Positions 27,726 through 41,065 of a stretch of DNA of 64,000 bases are shown here, piece by piece. The DNA is taken from positions 7,316,001-7,380,000 of the forward strand of contig OX597836.1 of NCBI GenBank assembly GCA_951406725.2, written 5' to 3'. Source of the DNA: Octopus vulgaris (lineage: Eukaryota). The first letter of the stretch is position 1. Each line of letters starts with the position of its first letter. The position numbers were made by a program, and so were the translations under genes. The notes beneath the pieces were generated by a model. The model had not been told where the DNA came from, did no database searches, and saw nothing but the letters and a program-made list of their open reading frames with translations.

Positions 27726-28886
27726 ACACACACACATACATACATACATAAAGACATAAGTGTACACATAATATATACAGATATATGCCTTCTGTCATCT
27801 TCTGTCTACCATATCCCACTCACAAGGCTTTGGTCGGCCCGAGGCTATAGTAGAAAACACTTGCCCAATGTGCCACACAGTGGGACTGAACCCAGAACCA
27901 TGTGGTTGGGAAGCAAGCTACTTACCACACAGCCAGTCCTGATATATATATACATACATATATATATATTTATATACACACACACACACACACACAGACA
28001 CATGTATACTTACACGAGTGTGTACGCATACATATAAATTCATAAACTTATATCCAAGCATGCATGCATATTTTCATGTCTGTATGCATGTATGTGTGTG
28101 TGTGCGTATGTGTGTGTGTGCGCGTGCATGCATGCATGCACATAGATCTATGTATGATTCAGTGCGTGCGAATGAACAGACGTATGCAGATCTGGGAGGG
28201 TGTATGCTTAGAAAAGTGCAGAGGGAGGGGGGTGTACAATTTACTTGATTATTTTGAAACTACCACACCTACTTCATCACCATTCCACCACCACCACCAC
28301 CACCACCATCCTAGCCACTAAATCACTACTCCACCAGCCCCACTAACTTGCTACCACGCCACCACCATTACCACCGCTACCGCCACCACCACACTAACAA
28401 CAACGTGTATTAAAGCACTACTGTGCTATACCATCTTTATTACTATCACTACCACCACCACTACCACCATCGCTGTACCATCATACCACCATCACTTAAA
28501 AGATAGTAACACACCCTGGAAAGTGTGTAGTGTGTACATAAGGAAACAGACAGGCATTTGTTCTGTTTGGCACACACACACACACACACGCAGACCAAAC
28601 ACACGCATTCACACACACATACATCCACACATATGTACACAGATAGACACAAACTCAAATACACACACACATACAAACACAGGCACACAGACATACACAC
28701 ACACAGACACTCACATCCATGCACACACACATACACACACACATATACAAACTCATGCAAACATACACACAAACACATACACACACACACACATGCTCAC
28801 ATCCATGCACAGACACACAAACTCATACACACATACACACACACACACACAAACTCATACACACACACACACACACACAAACACAT

Positions 28887-28949
<63 letters not shown>

Positions 28950-29194
28950 CATACACACACACACACATGCCATTTCTCAGCTTCCCAGACCTGAATCATT
29001 TGCTTTGTACAATATCAACCAAGGGCAACATCTCCCTTTCAACAACCTCCATCTTGTACATTTTTTTTTTTTGTTTACTTCGGGGTTTTTTACCTCCCTA
29101 AAACACATCCCATCTGACCCTTCAATTCTTCATGAATCAGTGATTGTCATAAAAGACCATTACTAAAGCTTACAAATAACACATACACTTTTTT

Positions 29195-29605
29195 TCTTTT
29201 ATTCTTTTTCTCTTATTTGTTTCAGTCATTGGACTGCGGCCATGCTGGAGCACCACCTTTAGTCGAACAAAAATCGACCCCAGAACTTATTTTTTGTAAA
29301 CCTAGTACTTATCCTATCGGTGTCTTTGCCGAACTACTAAGTTACGGGGACATAAACACACCAACATCGGTTGTCTAGTGATGGTGGGGTGACAAACACA
29401 GACACACATACATACACACACACACACACATATATATATAAATACGATGGGCTTCTTTTCAGTTTCCGGCTACCAAATCAACTCACAAGGCTTCGGTCAG
29501 CCTGAGGCTATAGTAGAAGACACTTGCCCAAGGTGTCACGCAGTGGGACTGAACCCTGAATCATGTGGTTAGTAAGCAAGCTACTTACCACATAGCCATG
29601 CCTGC
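29195..29605 (-). mobile_element. SINE family A, full length
   Basis: Reverse complement of the consensus. Confidence 0.9.
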
Positions 29606-29718
29606 ACCTGCATACATATACAAACACACATATACACATACATACACATACATACACATACATACACATACAGACACACATATACACACAGACATACACA
29701 CACATACACATATATTGT

Positions 29719-30098
29719 GGCACTCCATCGGTTATGACTACGAAGGTTCCAGTTGATCCGATCAACAGAACAGCCTGCATGTGAAATTAACATGCAAGTG
29801 GCTGAGTACTCCACAGACATGTGAACCCTTAACGTAGTTCTCCGGGGAGATTCAGTGTGACACAGAATGTGACAAGGCTGGCCCCTTTGAAATACAGGTA
29901 CCATAGAGACAGGAAGAAAGAGTGAGAGAAAGATGTGGTGAAAGAGTACATCAAGGTTCAACACCATCCCCTGCCTGAACCTCATGGAGCTTTAGGTGTT
30001 TTCGCTCAATAATCACTCATAACACCCAGTCTGGGAATTGAAACCATGATCCTATGAGCACGAGTCCATTGCCCTAACCACTGGGCCATTGCACCTCC
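29719..30098 (-). mobile_element. SINE family C, full length
   Basis: Aligns with 56513-56885 and 59563-59941. Confidence 0.85.
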
Positions 30099-30193
30099 AC
30101 ACACACACATATATATAGAATACACTTGCTCAAGATGCCACACAGTGGGACTGAATCTGGAATCCGAAACCCACATGGTTTCTTAACCTTCTT

Positions 30194-30425
30194 AAGGCGG
30201 CGAGCTGGCAGAAACGTTAGCACGCCGGGTGAAATGCTTAGCGGTATTTCGTCTGCGTTACGTTGTGAGTTCAAATTCCGCTGAGGTCGACTTTGCCTTT
30301 CATCCTTTCGGGGTCGATAAATTAAGTACCAGTTATGCACTGGGGTCGATGTAATCGACTTAATACCTATGTCTGTCCTTGTTTGTCCCCTCTGTGTTTA
30401 GCCCCTTGTGGGTAGTAAAGAAATA
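30194..30425 (+). mobile_element. Young SINE family B copy with 17-bp TSD
   Basis: Flanks ggtttcttaaccttctt / ggtttcttaagcttctt. Confidence 0.9.
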
Positions 30426-31571
30426 GGTTTCTTAAGCTTCTTACCCATACAACCATGCACAGTCGTGAGAGGGTCAGTTCTACTCCAGATGCCCCCCACA
30501 AATAAGTGTGACTTAGCAAGCATATACCATATGTTTCCTTAAGTGTTTTACTTGCCTATATAATGGGTAGAGACCCCCTTTTGGTCATGTATGACCATGG
30601 GATTGCACCTAGAAAGTTCCCCTCCAAGATACAAGTCCAGGCAAGGAAGACCAGCAGTTGCCCATGTGAACCAGCCTCTCATGTGTACCATCACTGAAGC
30701 AGCAGAGAAGGCCAGTGGGACCGAACTAGGAGTTTGCTGTTATTGGGATGCAATCTGGGACTTGCTCAACCCTGGCTGGGTCAACTGGACAATTGGGGTT
30801 TAATGTTGGAAGACCCGAAACCCCTGGGTCAGTGTTTTTTACCCATCATCACAGATTGAAAACCGATGTTGGTATGTTTACATCCTTGTAACTTAGTTTT
30901 TCAGCATAAGAGACTACCAGGCTTCAAAGAAAAGAAAATCAAGAACTGGTTTCGATGTATTCAACAAAAAATGCTTCAAAGCAATGCTCCAGCATGGCCG
31001 CAGCCTAATGAATGAAACAATTAAAGGACAGAGAACCAAAATTAATACTGATTTTAATTGCTTTTTATTTCAAAAATCAAAACTTTCTATCACAAACAAA
31101 CAAAGGTTGATATATAACAGGATTATAATCAGATCTAATATTAGGGTTATTATCAGATCTATATGGGTGGTTATATTTTCAATTTGTTTCTTAGGTTCAA
31201 CCCGGCCCTAAAAGAAGAGGCCCCTGGTAAAAGATATTTTAACCGTCACCATGATGCTGTTGTTAATTAATCTGTTGTTAATTAATCTTGTCTGAAATAA
31301 AAGGAATTCCTAGCGTAACCATGCGTCTTTCCCGCCCGCTATTGCTACCAGACAGACACAACAGTCTATATTGTCCGATGTGTCTCACATCTATTAAAGG
31401 GTTCTGTGGTATGATTTGAGAAAGATTTGGCTGTTGTTTCTAGCAAGCCATGTGAGTGATCATGCTGGTAAAATAAATTTGGTCAGTTGATATTTTTGCC
31501 AAAAAGATAAAAATACTAAACAAGAAACTTATAAAATTCATAAAAAAATAAACACAGAGATATTATACATA

Positions 31572-31615
<44 letters not shown>

Positions 31616-31849
31616 ATATACAGATATATATGCATAGAGATACACAGACAGATAGATATGTACAACCACACACGAAATATATACATACACACACTATATA
31701 TATATATATGTGCACACACTATATATATATTTATACATATACATACACACACTGATAGACAGACAGCTAGATATATACACAGATATTATATATATACACA
31801 AGCACACACATATATATATGCATATATACATAGAGATAGACAGAGACAT

Positions 31850-31886
<37 letters not shown>

Positions 31887-31978
31887 GCACACACAATATA
31901 CACACATATATGCATATATAATTAGAGATAGACAGACAGATATGTATACACACACACACACACACACAGATATCTTAC

Positions 31979-32579
31979 CTCTATTGTAGCAGAGTGGCAC
32001 ATCCGAAATGCAAAGAAGCAAACTTTGTATATTTAGATAAATGCATGAAGAATATTTTTAGAGTATATAATTCCAGAGAGCTTCAAGTGTAAGCAGCGTA
32101 GAACAAGAGAACGGTAACGCCGGTAAGTAAGAAGACCTCGTTTCCTGTATTGCAATAACTTTTTATCCACTTTTTTTCCTTTCTGCTTTTTCTGGGTTTT
32201 TTTTTAAAGAAAACTCCGTTGTTACTTGGTACAAAACAATTACATAAACACACATATATATACAATATATATATATGTATATATATACTGCACCCACTCT
32301 CTCTCTCTCTCTCTCTCTCTTTCTGTGTATATGTGTGTGTGTATGTCAGGGTGTATCTGTGTGTGTTGTGTTGTGTGTGTGTGTTGTGTGTGTGTGTGTG
32401 TGTGTTGTTTAGAAAATGAAAATTCGGGGGGAAAGTGGAAAATCACAAGTTGAATGGGATAGGACAATCATGCCTACAGCGTGTGCAGCAAGACGTGTTG
32501 AACAGCAGGGAGAAAAGAAGTGTAACTGCATGCATGCATATGTGTGCATGCGAGTGGGTGCATGTGTATATATGTGTGT

Positions 32580-32615
<36 letters not shown>

Positions 32616-32760
32616 GTATGTTAGATAGAAAGCAGAGAAAAATAGAAGCTTGTTCCCCGAAACTCCCCGATTTCACTCGCAACCTTACACACAACAGCAC
32701 ACATGTAACCGCAAATACACACGCAGCTACTGCAGTCGGCAGAAGTTATCAGCGATGCAC
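31979..32760 (-). other. Candidate first (5' UTR) exon of a minus-strand transcript; 5' boundary uncertain
   Basis: Strong donor GAG|GTAAGA at 31979/31978; unique sequence leads up to a CpG-rich island; optional short coding start MCHSATIE (32002-31979, phase 0). Confidence 0.35.
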
Positions 32761-32870
32761 ACAACAGCAGCAGCGGCGGCAGCGGTGGCGACGACGGGGA
32801 GAGCGGCGGCGGCAGCGGCAGCGGGAGGGGAGGAGGAGAGGGAGGGGAGTGGAGGAGAGGGAGTGGTACG
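32650..32870. promoter_or_regulatory. CpG/GC-rich island, promoter-like
   Basis: gcagcggcggcagcggtggcgacgacggggagagcggcggcggcagc plus a GGAGG/GGGAG tract; the most conspicuous non-transposon CpG cluster in the window. Confidence 0.45.
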
Positions 32871-33549
32871 TAATCTGATAGGGAAATCTTTCCAGGCAGT
32901 GTGCCTGCCGTTTCCAAATTAGATGAAGCCATCATTATTATCAGCATCATCATCATCGTCATCATCATCATGAGTTTTATTACAACTAGTATCACTGCCA
33001 TTGTTGCTACTACTACTACTACTACTGCTACTGCTATTATTATTATTATCATTATTATTATTATTCTAAACTTTGTAATAACAAACAGGAGGATGTGGTG
33101 AAGAGGCAAAAGCAAAAAAAATGGTAGTTCCAAACATGGCACGGCACCGGCTGACGCTTCCATCCCCTCCCCCACATACCTACCCCCTAATCCAAACAAA
33201 ATACACCCACACCCACCCACACAAATGGTATAATAATATCTAACATAGTCGCAAGGTCAGAAATTTGGTAATAAGGAGAAAGTTGTCGGTGTCGACCCAA
33301 GTATTTAACTGGTACTCTATTGACCTTGTGAAGGTGCATGGCCTGGTGGTTAGAATGTTGCATTTATCATCACCAGATCATGAGTTCAATTCCCAGGCTG
33401 GGCAGCTCATTGTCTTTCTTCACCAAAACACTTTCATTTCATGTGGCTCTATTGCTTTGTATGGACCGGCATGTCAAAGAAGGGACCCATTCTCTCAGCA
33501 AGTTGTGAAAGGCAACTGAAAGCAGTTGAGGTAGGATTTGTACCCCAAC

Positions 33550-33850
33550 CTCATAAAACCCACACCAGCAACGGACAACTTACCCGAACAAACCCATGCG
33601 CTGGAGGGTTGCCGCCCGGAGTGGTGCAAAGGTGCCCTCAGCCAAGAACAGTGAGTAATCACCAACAGAATGGTAGGAGCAGCAATGCATTATTACAGTG
33701 CATTTCCCCCATACTTGTAAAACCCTCACCAGCAGCAGCAACCCAAACAGACCCATGCGCTGGAGGGCTGTTGCCCAATGATGCAACGGTGCCACCAGCC
33801 AACAAATGGCAGATGCAGCAGTACACTGTTACAGTGTATTTCACATACTA
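33550..33850. repeat. Diverged ~160-bp direct duplication
   Basis: acccatgcgctggaggg at about 33592 and 33751; both units end ttacagtgyatttc...catact. Confidence 0.85.
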
Positions 33851-33974
33851 CTACTACTAATATTATTATTATTATTATTATTATTATGTTTTTCTACTAC
33901 TACAACATTCTCAGATTACACGTAAATTACTATTATTATTATTATTATATTATTATTATTATTATTATCATTCA

Positions 33975-34329
33975 GTAGTTTTATTTTTATATCGTGCTTT
34001 CTCTTCACTACCGAGCGCAGCTCTGTGTGCCTTGGGTATGTGCTGTGATTTGTTGTGATGCTCTTATGGTTATTGTATGGAAAGTGTTCTGCGTAGGATG
34101 TGTGCAGTGCCTAGTAGTGCAATTTTCTGCATGTTATATGTGTTTGTAAGTCCAGGTGCTTCTGTTATGCATTTGTCTGAATATTTTTTTATCATGCCTA
34201 ATGCACCTACTATGATAGGAATTGTTTCTGTTTCTAGATTCCACATTCGAGTTACCTCTATTTCCAGGTCTTTGTATTTTGAAAGTTTCTCCATTTCTTT
34301 TAGAGAAACGATGTCATCTGCTGGTATTG

Positions 34330-34330
<1 letters not shown>
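33975..34330 (-). mobile_element. R4/Dong-like retrotransposon 3' end in (TAA)n
   Basis: KEMEKLSKYKDLEIEVTRMWNLETETIPIIVGALG...QKIALLGTAHILRRTLSIQ*; flanked by TAA tracts. Confidence 0.9.
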
Positions 34331-34364
<34 letters not shown>

Positions 34365-34449
34365 GACCTCAGAAGTGTTAAAAAAAAGAAAACTAGAGCA
34401 TTACAGTCGATTTAATAACAAACAAAAACAAAATATGAATAAAATGTGA

Positions 34450-34608
34450 CAAATATACCTGGGCTTACAACTTTACACGTAGTCCAAAAGGCAGCTCTGC
34501 TAGGCACGACCCACATCTTACATAAACATATTCTTTCATTTCAAGAGCACAACTCAAGCAGTAACAACTATTCATACAACACATGCTCCACACAAACCCC
34601 GCCCCAAT

Positions 34609-34644
<36 letters not shown>

Positions 34645-34696
34645 CATACCTAATAACCAACTCTGTAACACCAACAACTCAGGCAGATCACATTCT
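34450..34696 (+). mobile_element. Degenerate R4/Dong-like 3' end in the opposite orientation
   Basis: NIPGLTTLHVVQKAALLGTTHILHK. Confidence 0.65.
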
Positions 34697-34710
34697 ACAC
34701 AGTTGCTATA

Positions 34711-34942
34711 TATTTCTTTACTACCCACAAGGGGCTAAACACAGAGAGGACAAACAAGGACAGACAAAGGGATTAAGTCGATTATATCGACCCAGTGCAA
34801 AACTGGTACTTTATTTATCGACCCCAAAAGGATGAAAGGCAAAGTCTACCTTGGCGGAATTTGAACTCAGAACGTAACGACAGACGAAATACCGCTAAGT
34901 ATTTCGCCCGGCGCGCTAACATTTCTGCCAGCTCGCCACCTT
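34711..34942 (-). mobile_element. Young SINE family B copy with 14-bp TSD
   Basis: Flanks acacagttgctata / acacggttgctata. Confidence 0.9.
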
Positions 34943-35406
34943 ACACGGTTGCTATAAGCACATCACAACCCACGCAGTCTATACATTAGGGTTCAACAGG
35001 ATTTTCACATTACTGACCCTTCCTCCATTGCACTTCATGGATTCATTAGCCTGTTGGTCCCCGAATTCTCTTGTCTTCTACGTGTTTCAGCCGTTAGACT
35101 TGTGGCCATGCTGGAGCACTAACTTGCAGAACTTTTAGAATTAATCAACCCCCAACACCTATTGTTTTCTAAAGCCTGGTACTTATTCTATCGATGTCTT
35201 TTGCCAAACCGCTAAGTCATGGAGCTGTGGGAGGGGATGAGTCTATTACATGGACCCCAGTGTTTCACTGGCGCCTAATTTATCGACCCCCAAAAGGATG
35301 AAAGACAAAGTCGACCTAAGCAAAATTTGAACTCAGAATGTAGTGGTAGACAAAATACCGCTAAGCATTTTGCCCTGCATGCTAACGATTCAGCAAACTC
35401 AATGCC

Positions 35407-35510
<104 letters not shown>

Positions 35511-36224
35511 GGTGGTGGTGGTGGTGGTGGTGGTGGTGGTGGTGAGAAGAACCAAGTTTACAGTTGGTTAGTTTCCTTAGAAACAGGATACAAACTTACA
35601 CACACAGACACACAGACACACACACAACTATAAACCATTCCAGTATCACTTATCACTCAATCTCTGTTTTGACTCTTCAGATAAGCTGCTGAAACACTTC
35701 GCCATTGTCTCAGAATTCACAGTAAATTTACAGGGTTTTAACAGATTTCTAAGAAAGAAATCGCTTCTTTCATGATTCCTTTTACCAATTTCTTTATACA
35801 TATATATATATATAGAATGTTCTCTAACTGGTAAATTGACTGCTGTAGTTTATTAACTGCAAATTTCTGATTTCAGCATGCCAAAGTGAAGGCATTTGAA
35901 AGATACACCTAAGTATAATTTGTTGAACTCTATACATGCTGGATTTCGGTTGAGTGTTCTGTATCTAGTTCTGGAAATTGTGTTTTGTAAACGACAATGC
36001 TGATGATCTTGTAGATAATTTGTGTGTTAATATACATAAATATTAACAAGTGAAACTAATTAGTACATAGGTAATCGTTTTTTGTTTTGTATATTTTCAT
36101 TTGTCTTGCTTATTTTTACACTTTGGTTTTTTGCTGAGTTTTGTATGGATGGATGGATAGATGGATGGAGGGAGGGAAGGAGGGATGGAGGGATGGATGG
36201 ATAGGTAGATAGATAGACAAACAA

Positions 36225-36290
<66 letters not shown>

Positions 36291-36465
36291 TGATATGTAT
36301 ATACATACGTACATACATACATACATGCATACTACCATTGCTAGTATGAAGGCACATGACTTAGCAATTAGGGTATTCAGATCATAGTCAGAAGGTCATG
36401 AGTTCAATTCTCAGTGACATCGTTGTGTCCTTGAGCAAGACCCTTTATTTCACATTTCTCCAGAT

Positions 36466-36563
<98 letters not shown>

Positions 36564-36568
36564 ACACA

Positions 36569-36616
<48 letters not shown>

Positions 36617-36962
36617 TGTATATATGCGTGCACATGTGTGTGTGTCTATTAGGCATGTATGGATGTATACATGTATATATATATGTATATATGTATGTAT
36701 GTAAGTATATATGTAGTATGTAAGTAGGTAGTTGTGTAGGTAGGTCTGAGGAGGAGAAATCTCCATTTTTAACAGGATGTAGCAGCTGGAAGTTGTTAGT
36801 CTAAACTGAGTGTGAATTGAAATGATATTAATAATAATGAAGAGCTCCATTACCAGCGCCAACCCCACCACGACCACCACCCATACAGCAGGTGTCTGAT
36901 GATGTACAGTGCAGATATTTTAACCTGGAACCAACATCATTATAAACAAAACAGAATAGCAA

Positions 36963-37010
<48 letters not shown>

Positions 37011-37083
37011 GATATACAGAAATATATACACATACATATATACATACAGCATGGACCAACAGACGTTAAATGATGGTGATAAT

Positions 37084-37131
<48 letters not shown>

Positions 37132-37143
37132 CATACATATATA

Positions 37144-37185
<42 letters not shown>

Positions 37186-38924
37186 AACACACACATATAC
37201 ATACACATATATATACATATACATACACACACATATATACATATACATATACACACATATACCTACACATATATACACAAACACACATACACATATACAC
37301 ACATGCATACATACACATACATACATATACACACACACACATATAAATATACATATACACACACACATATATATATACATACACATACATACACACACAA
37401 ATATACACATACACTCTCATAAACACACACATACACACACATGCACACACGGAGATATACTTGCACATACACAGGGTTATCAAATTACAACTCAATTTAT
37501 TCATAGAAAAAGCTAAAGAATGGGGGTGGCGAAAAAAGCTGAAAACCAAAGCCTTAATATTATAAGCACAAGTGCATCCATTTCAGATGTTTAGGGGAGG
37601 GTCATGATGAAGGAAGGAGAAGGAAGTTGAACAGGCTGGTGGGTTGGTCCAGGGCTACAAAATACAACTGGGGTCTCAAGAGTGGAATTACAGAAAAGCA
37701 GTTGGATGAAATTTTATCTAACAAGCAAATTATAGTATCACAACAAATTGTTTCATAACTTAAAAGCATGTAAATAATTTATATTATATTTAATAATGAA
37801 TGAATTACTTACATATCCGTAATAAATGCAAAATGCAGAAAATCCTTCAAACTAATGCAGGATTTAAGCTTTCTTTTATGACTACTACTGCATTACTTGA
37901 ATCCGGATATGTTTACTTAAATATATATATGGATGGATGGATGGATAGATGGAGGGAGGGAGGGAGGGAGGGATGGATGGATAGGTAGATAGATGGATGG
38001 ATGGATAGACGGATGGATGGATAGACGGACGGATGGATAGATAGGTAGATAGATAGACAGACAGACAAAAAGACAAATAGATAGATAGATAGATAGATAG
38101 ATACGTACATACATACATACATACATACATAGACAGACAGACAAATAGATAGACAGACAGACAGACAGACAGACGAATGGATGGATGGATGGGTAGATGG
38201 ATGGATGGATGGATAGATAGCCAGACAGATACAGATAGATACATACATGAGGGCACATGGCTAGTGGTGAGAGTGTTACACTCACGATCACAAGATCGTA
38301 GTTTCAATTCCTAAACCGGGTGGTGGGTTGTGTTCTTGAGCAAAACACTTCATCTCATGTTGTTTTGTGATCACTTCAACAACACCTGACGCTGGGTACA
38401 CCATGCACCCGTTCAGGCAACATCGGTTTGAAGGAGGGAGAGAGCTAATGTGCGACACATACCTTTGATCACAATAAACAAACTATTTGTGCACAACATT
38501 CGGCAAAAGCTGAACACTTAGATGATGTTCGTAAAATATGTCACGGTGAGTGAGAGGTGGAAGAAAGTGATGGCAAGACGGGGGGGGGGATCGATCATGG
38601 ATGAAGAATTGCCAATTTATTTCGAAACTGGCATAAAAAAAATCCAAATCATTAGAGGTTATTAATGGAGAGAGAATTTGAAACATCAATCACTATGTTA
38701 CACACACACACACACACACACACACTTAACACAAATTTGCTTGTCAGATAAATTCATTCGCTTCTTGTTGTTTTTTTTACCCCATTTATTTGAATTCTTT
38801 CCACTGTTATTTGAATTAACACAAAAAATACTTTTATCACAGCATTTCATGGTGGTTTCATAGTTTTTACTTACTGCTTTTGAAATCTGAATAAATTTTA
38901 CTTCTTTTCAGACATATGAAAATA

Positions 38925-39285
38925 GGCTCTGGGTTCAGTCACACTGCATGGAATCTTGGGCATCTTGGGCAAGTGTCTTCTGCCATAGCCCTGGGCCGAC
39001 CAATGCTTTGTGAGTGGATTTGGTAGACAGAAACTGAAAGAAGCCTGTCGTGTATATATATATATGTATGTGTGTGTATATGTTTGTGTGTCTGTGTTTG
39101 TCCCCCTAGCATTGCTTGACAACCAATGCTGGTGTCTTTACCTCCCCATCACTTAGCGGTTCGGCAAAAAGAGACCGATAGAATAAGTACTGGGCTTACA
39201 AAGAATAAGTCCCAGGGTCGATTTGCTCGACTAAAGACGGTGCTCCAGCATGGCCGCAGTCAAATGACTGAAACAAGTAAAAGAG
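38925..39285 (+). mobile_element. SINE family A, 5'-truncated
   Basis: Matches the consensus from the B box onward. Confidence 0.9.
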
Positions 39286-39299
39286 TATGAAGTCGTTTT

Positions 39300-39560
39300 T
39301 CGTCATGTACCATACATCTATAATGCATTGATGATGCTACAACAAAAGTCTTCCCAAATAAAGCACACGTGCTCCTGCTACCTGGCTACTCTTGTCCAAC
39401 CGCCTCATGATATTGTCCCTTCATCATGTTCTTTACCTGCCCCTTGATACACTGTCCTCTATTCTTCCTTCTACAATAATGTTTCTTAGACCTCAGCTTC
39501 TCTGAATTTGGCCATCATAGATGAGCTTTTGTTCTTTCACAATATTCAAGCGTTTTCATC
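39300..39560 (-). mobile_element. RTE-like LINE 3' remnant
   Basis: LNIVKEQKLIYDGQIQRS*GLRNIIVEGRIE resembles RTE KLxYFGHIxR...IVEGxIEG. Confidence 0.6.
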
Positions 39561-39569
39561 TTTCACCTA

Positions 39570-40136
39570 CACTACCGTCAGAAATTAATTAGCACCCTTG
39601 ATTTGCTCACCATGAAGCATGGTGGGGGTGGTCTGATGGTGTGAGGGGCGTTCAGCTACAGTGGTGTTGGGCGGCTCTATGCCGTCGAAGGCAACATCAA
39701 CGCAGCAAAGTACGTTGAGATAGTACGGGATACCTCTTTGGTGGCGAGGAGTACGTGCTGGCCAGTCACCTGACCTGAACCCTATTGAGAACCTCTGGAG
39801 TCGATTGGGTAGGGATTTGAATGTGCAGCAATACAGGAACCGACACGAGCTGTTTGGGGCACTTCTTGCTGCATGAGGGGCCATCCCTGCACAGTACCTG
39901 CAGGCACTCATAGACAGCATGCCGACCCGCGTAGCAGCTGTCATTGCTGCCAAAGGAGGAGCAACAAGATATTGACTAAATTTCACGATTAATAACAATT
40001 ATGTGGTGTGCTGGGATATGTTTTAATAAATTTTTGATTAAAAACGAGTTCATTTCTGATAATAAGTTAATTAAATTAAGAAAATGTAGGAAAATGTAGA
40101 AATTTGAGAAGTGCTAATTAATTTCCGACGCAAGTG
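39570..40136 (+). mobile_element. Internally deleted Tc1-like transposon
   Basis: TIRs cactaccgtcagaaattaattagcac / gtgctaattaatttccgacgcaagtg with TA TSD; KHGGGGLMV*G...QSPDLNPIENLW...SMPTRVAAVIAAKGGATRY*. Confidence 0.92.
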
Positions 40137-40149
40137 TACTTGTTGTAAC

Positions 40150-40335
40150 ACATATTCATTTAATACAGTTCTATATTTAAGAGATGAGGAATTATGTACA
40201 TTATTTACATTATTTACATTTGACGGATATTTGTCCTCATCTTGTTTGTTGTTAACATAACTGTTCGGCTGATAAACCCTCCAGCCTTCATCAGGTGTCT
40301 TGGGAAATTTCGAACCTGGATTCTCATTCCTAAGG
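40150..40335 (-). mobile_element. Penelope-like terminal fragment with degenerate hammerhead ribozyme core
   Basis: Minus strand gacacCTGATGAaggctg-gagggtttat-cagccGAAC: CUGAUGA box, stem II ggctg/cagcc, GAAA altered to GAAC. Confidence 0.5.
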
Positions 40336-40386
40336 TGTTGTTGTTGGTTGTTGTTGTTGTTGCTGCTGATGGTGCTGTTGTTGTTG

Positions 40387-40482
<96 letters not shown>

Positions 40483-40789
40483 TCACTGCTTGGAATCGAA
40501 CTCGGAATCCTGGGATTAGTAGCCCACGCTCTTAACCACTACACCCATGGGCATATGGTCTAGTGGTTAAGAGCACGGGCTACTAATGTCAAATACAAAC
40601 ACACATACACACACACATTCACTCACCAGGTACGTATATTCATTTAAATGCATAAACATTAAATGTTAACCAAAAACCTTGTGAGAGGATATGGTAGACA
40701 GAAACTGAAAGAAGCCCATCATGTGTGTGTGTGTGTGTGTGTGCTCTTCCTCTATCTGACAAGCAGTGTTAGTCCAAACACACACACAC

Positions 40790-41065
40790 ATGCAAACAAT
40801 CACACACACATGCACACACTCACACACACGCACATGCACACAATCACACACACACACATGCACACAATCACACACACACATGCACACAATCACACACACA
40901 CATGCACACAATCACACACACACATGCACACAATCACACACACATGCACACAATCACACACACACATGCACACAATCACACACACACACATGCACACACT
41001 CACACACACACATGCACACACTCACACACACACACATGCACACAATCACACATACACACACACTT
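40790..41065. repeat. (CA)n-derived ~20-24-bp minisatellite, unit tgcacacaatca(ca)n
   Basis: About 12 units visible. Confidence 0.9.

Noticed and set aside
32755-32922. Poly-Ala ORF MHTTAAAAAA... resembling a transcription factor N-terminus
   Set aside because: Short, driven by GCN repeats, no domain follows; better explained as a GC-rich promoter or UTR, though not fully excluded
40480-40550. tRNA-like sequence, and similar heads at 10798, 23768, 38250 and 59191
   Set aside because: A/B boxes are present but there is no complete acceptor stem or cloverleaf; these are SINE heads
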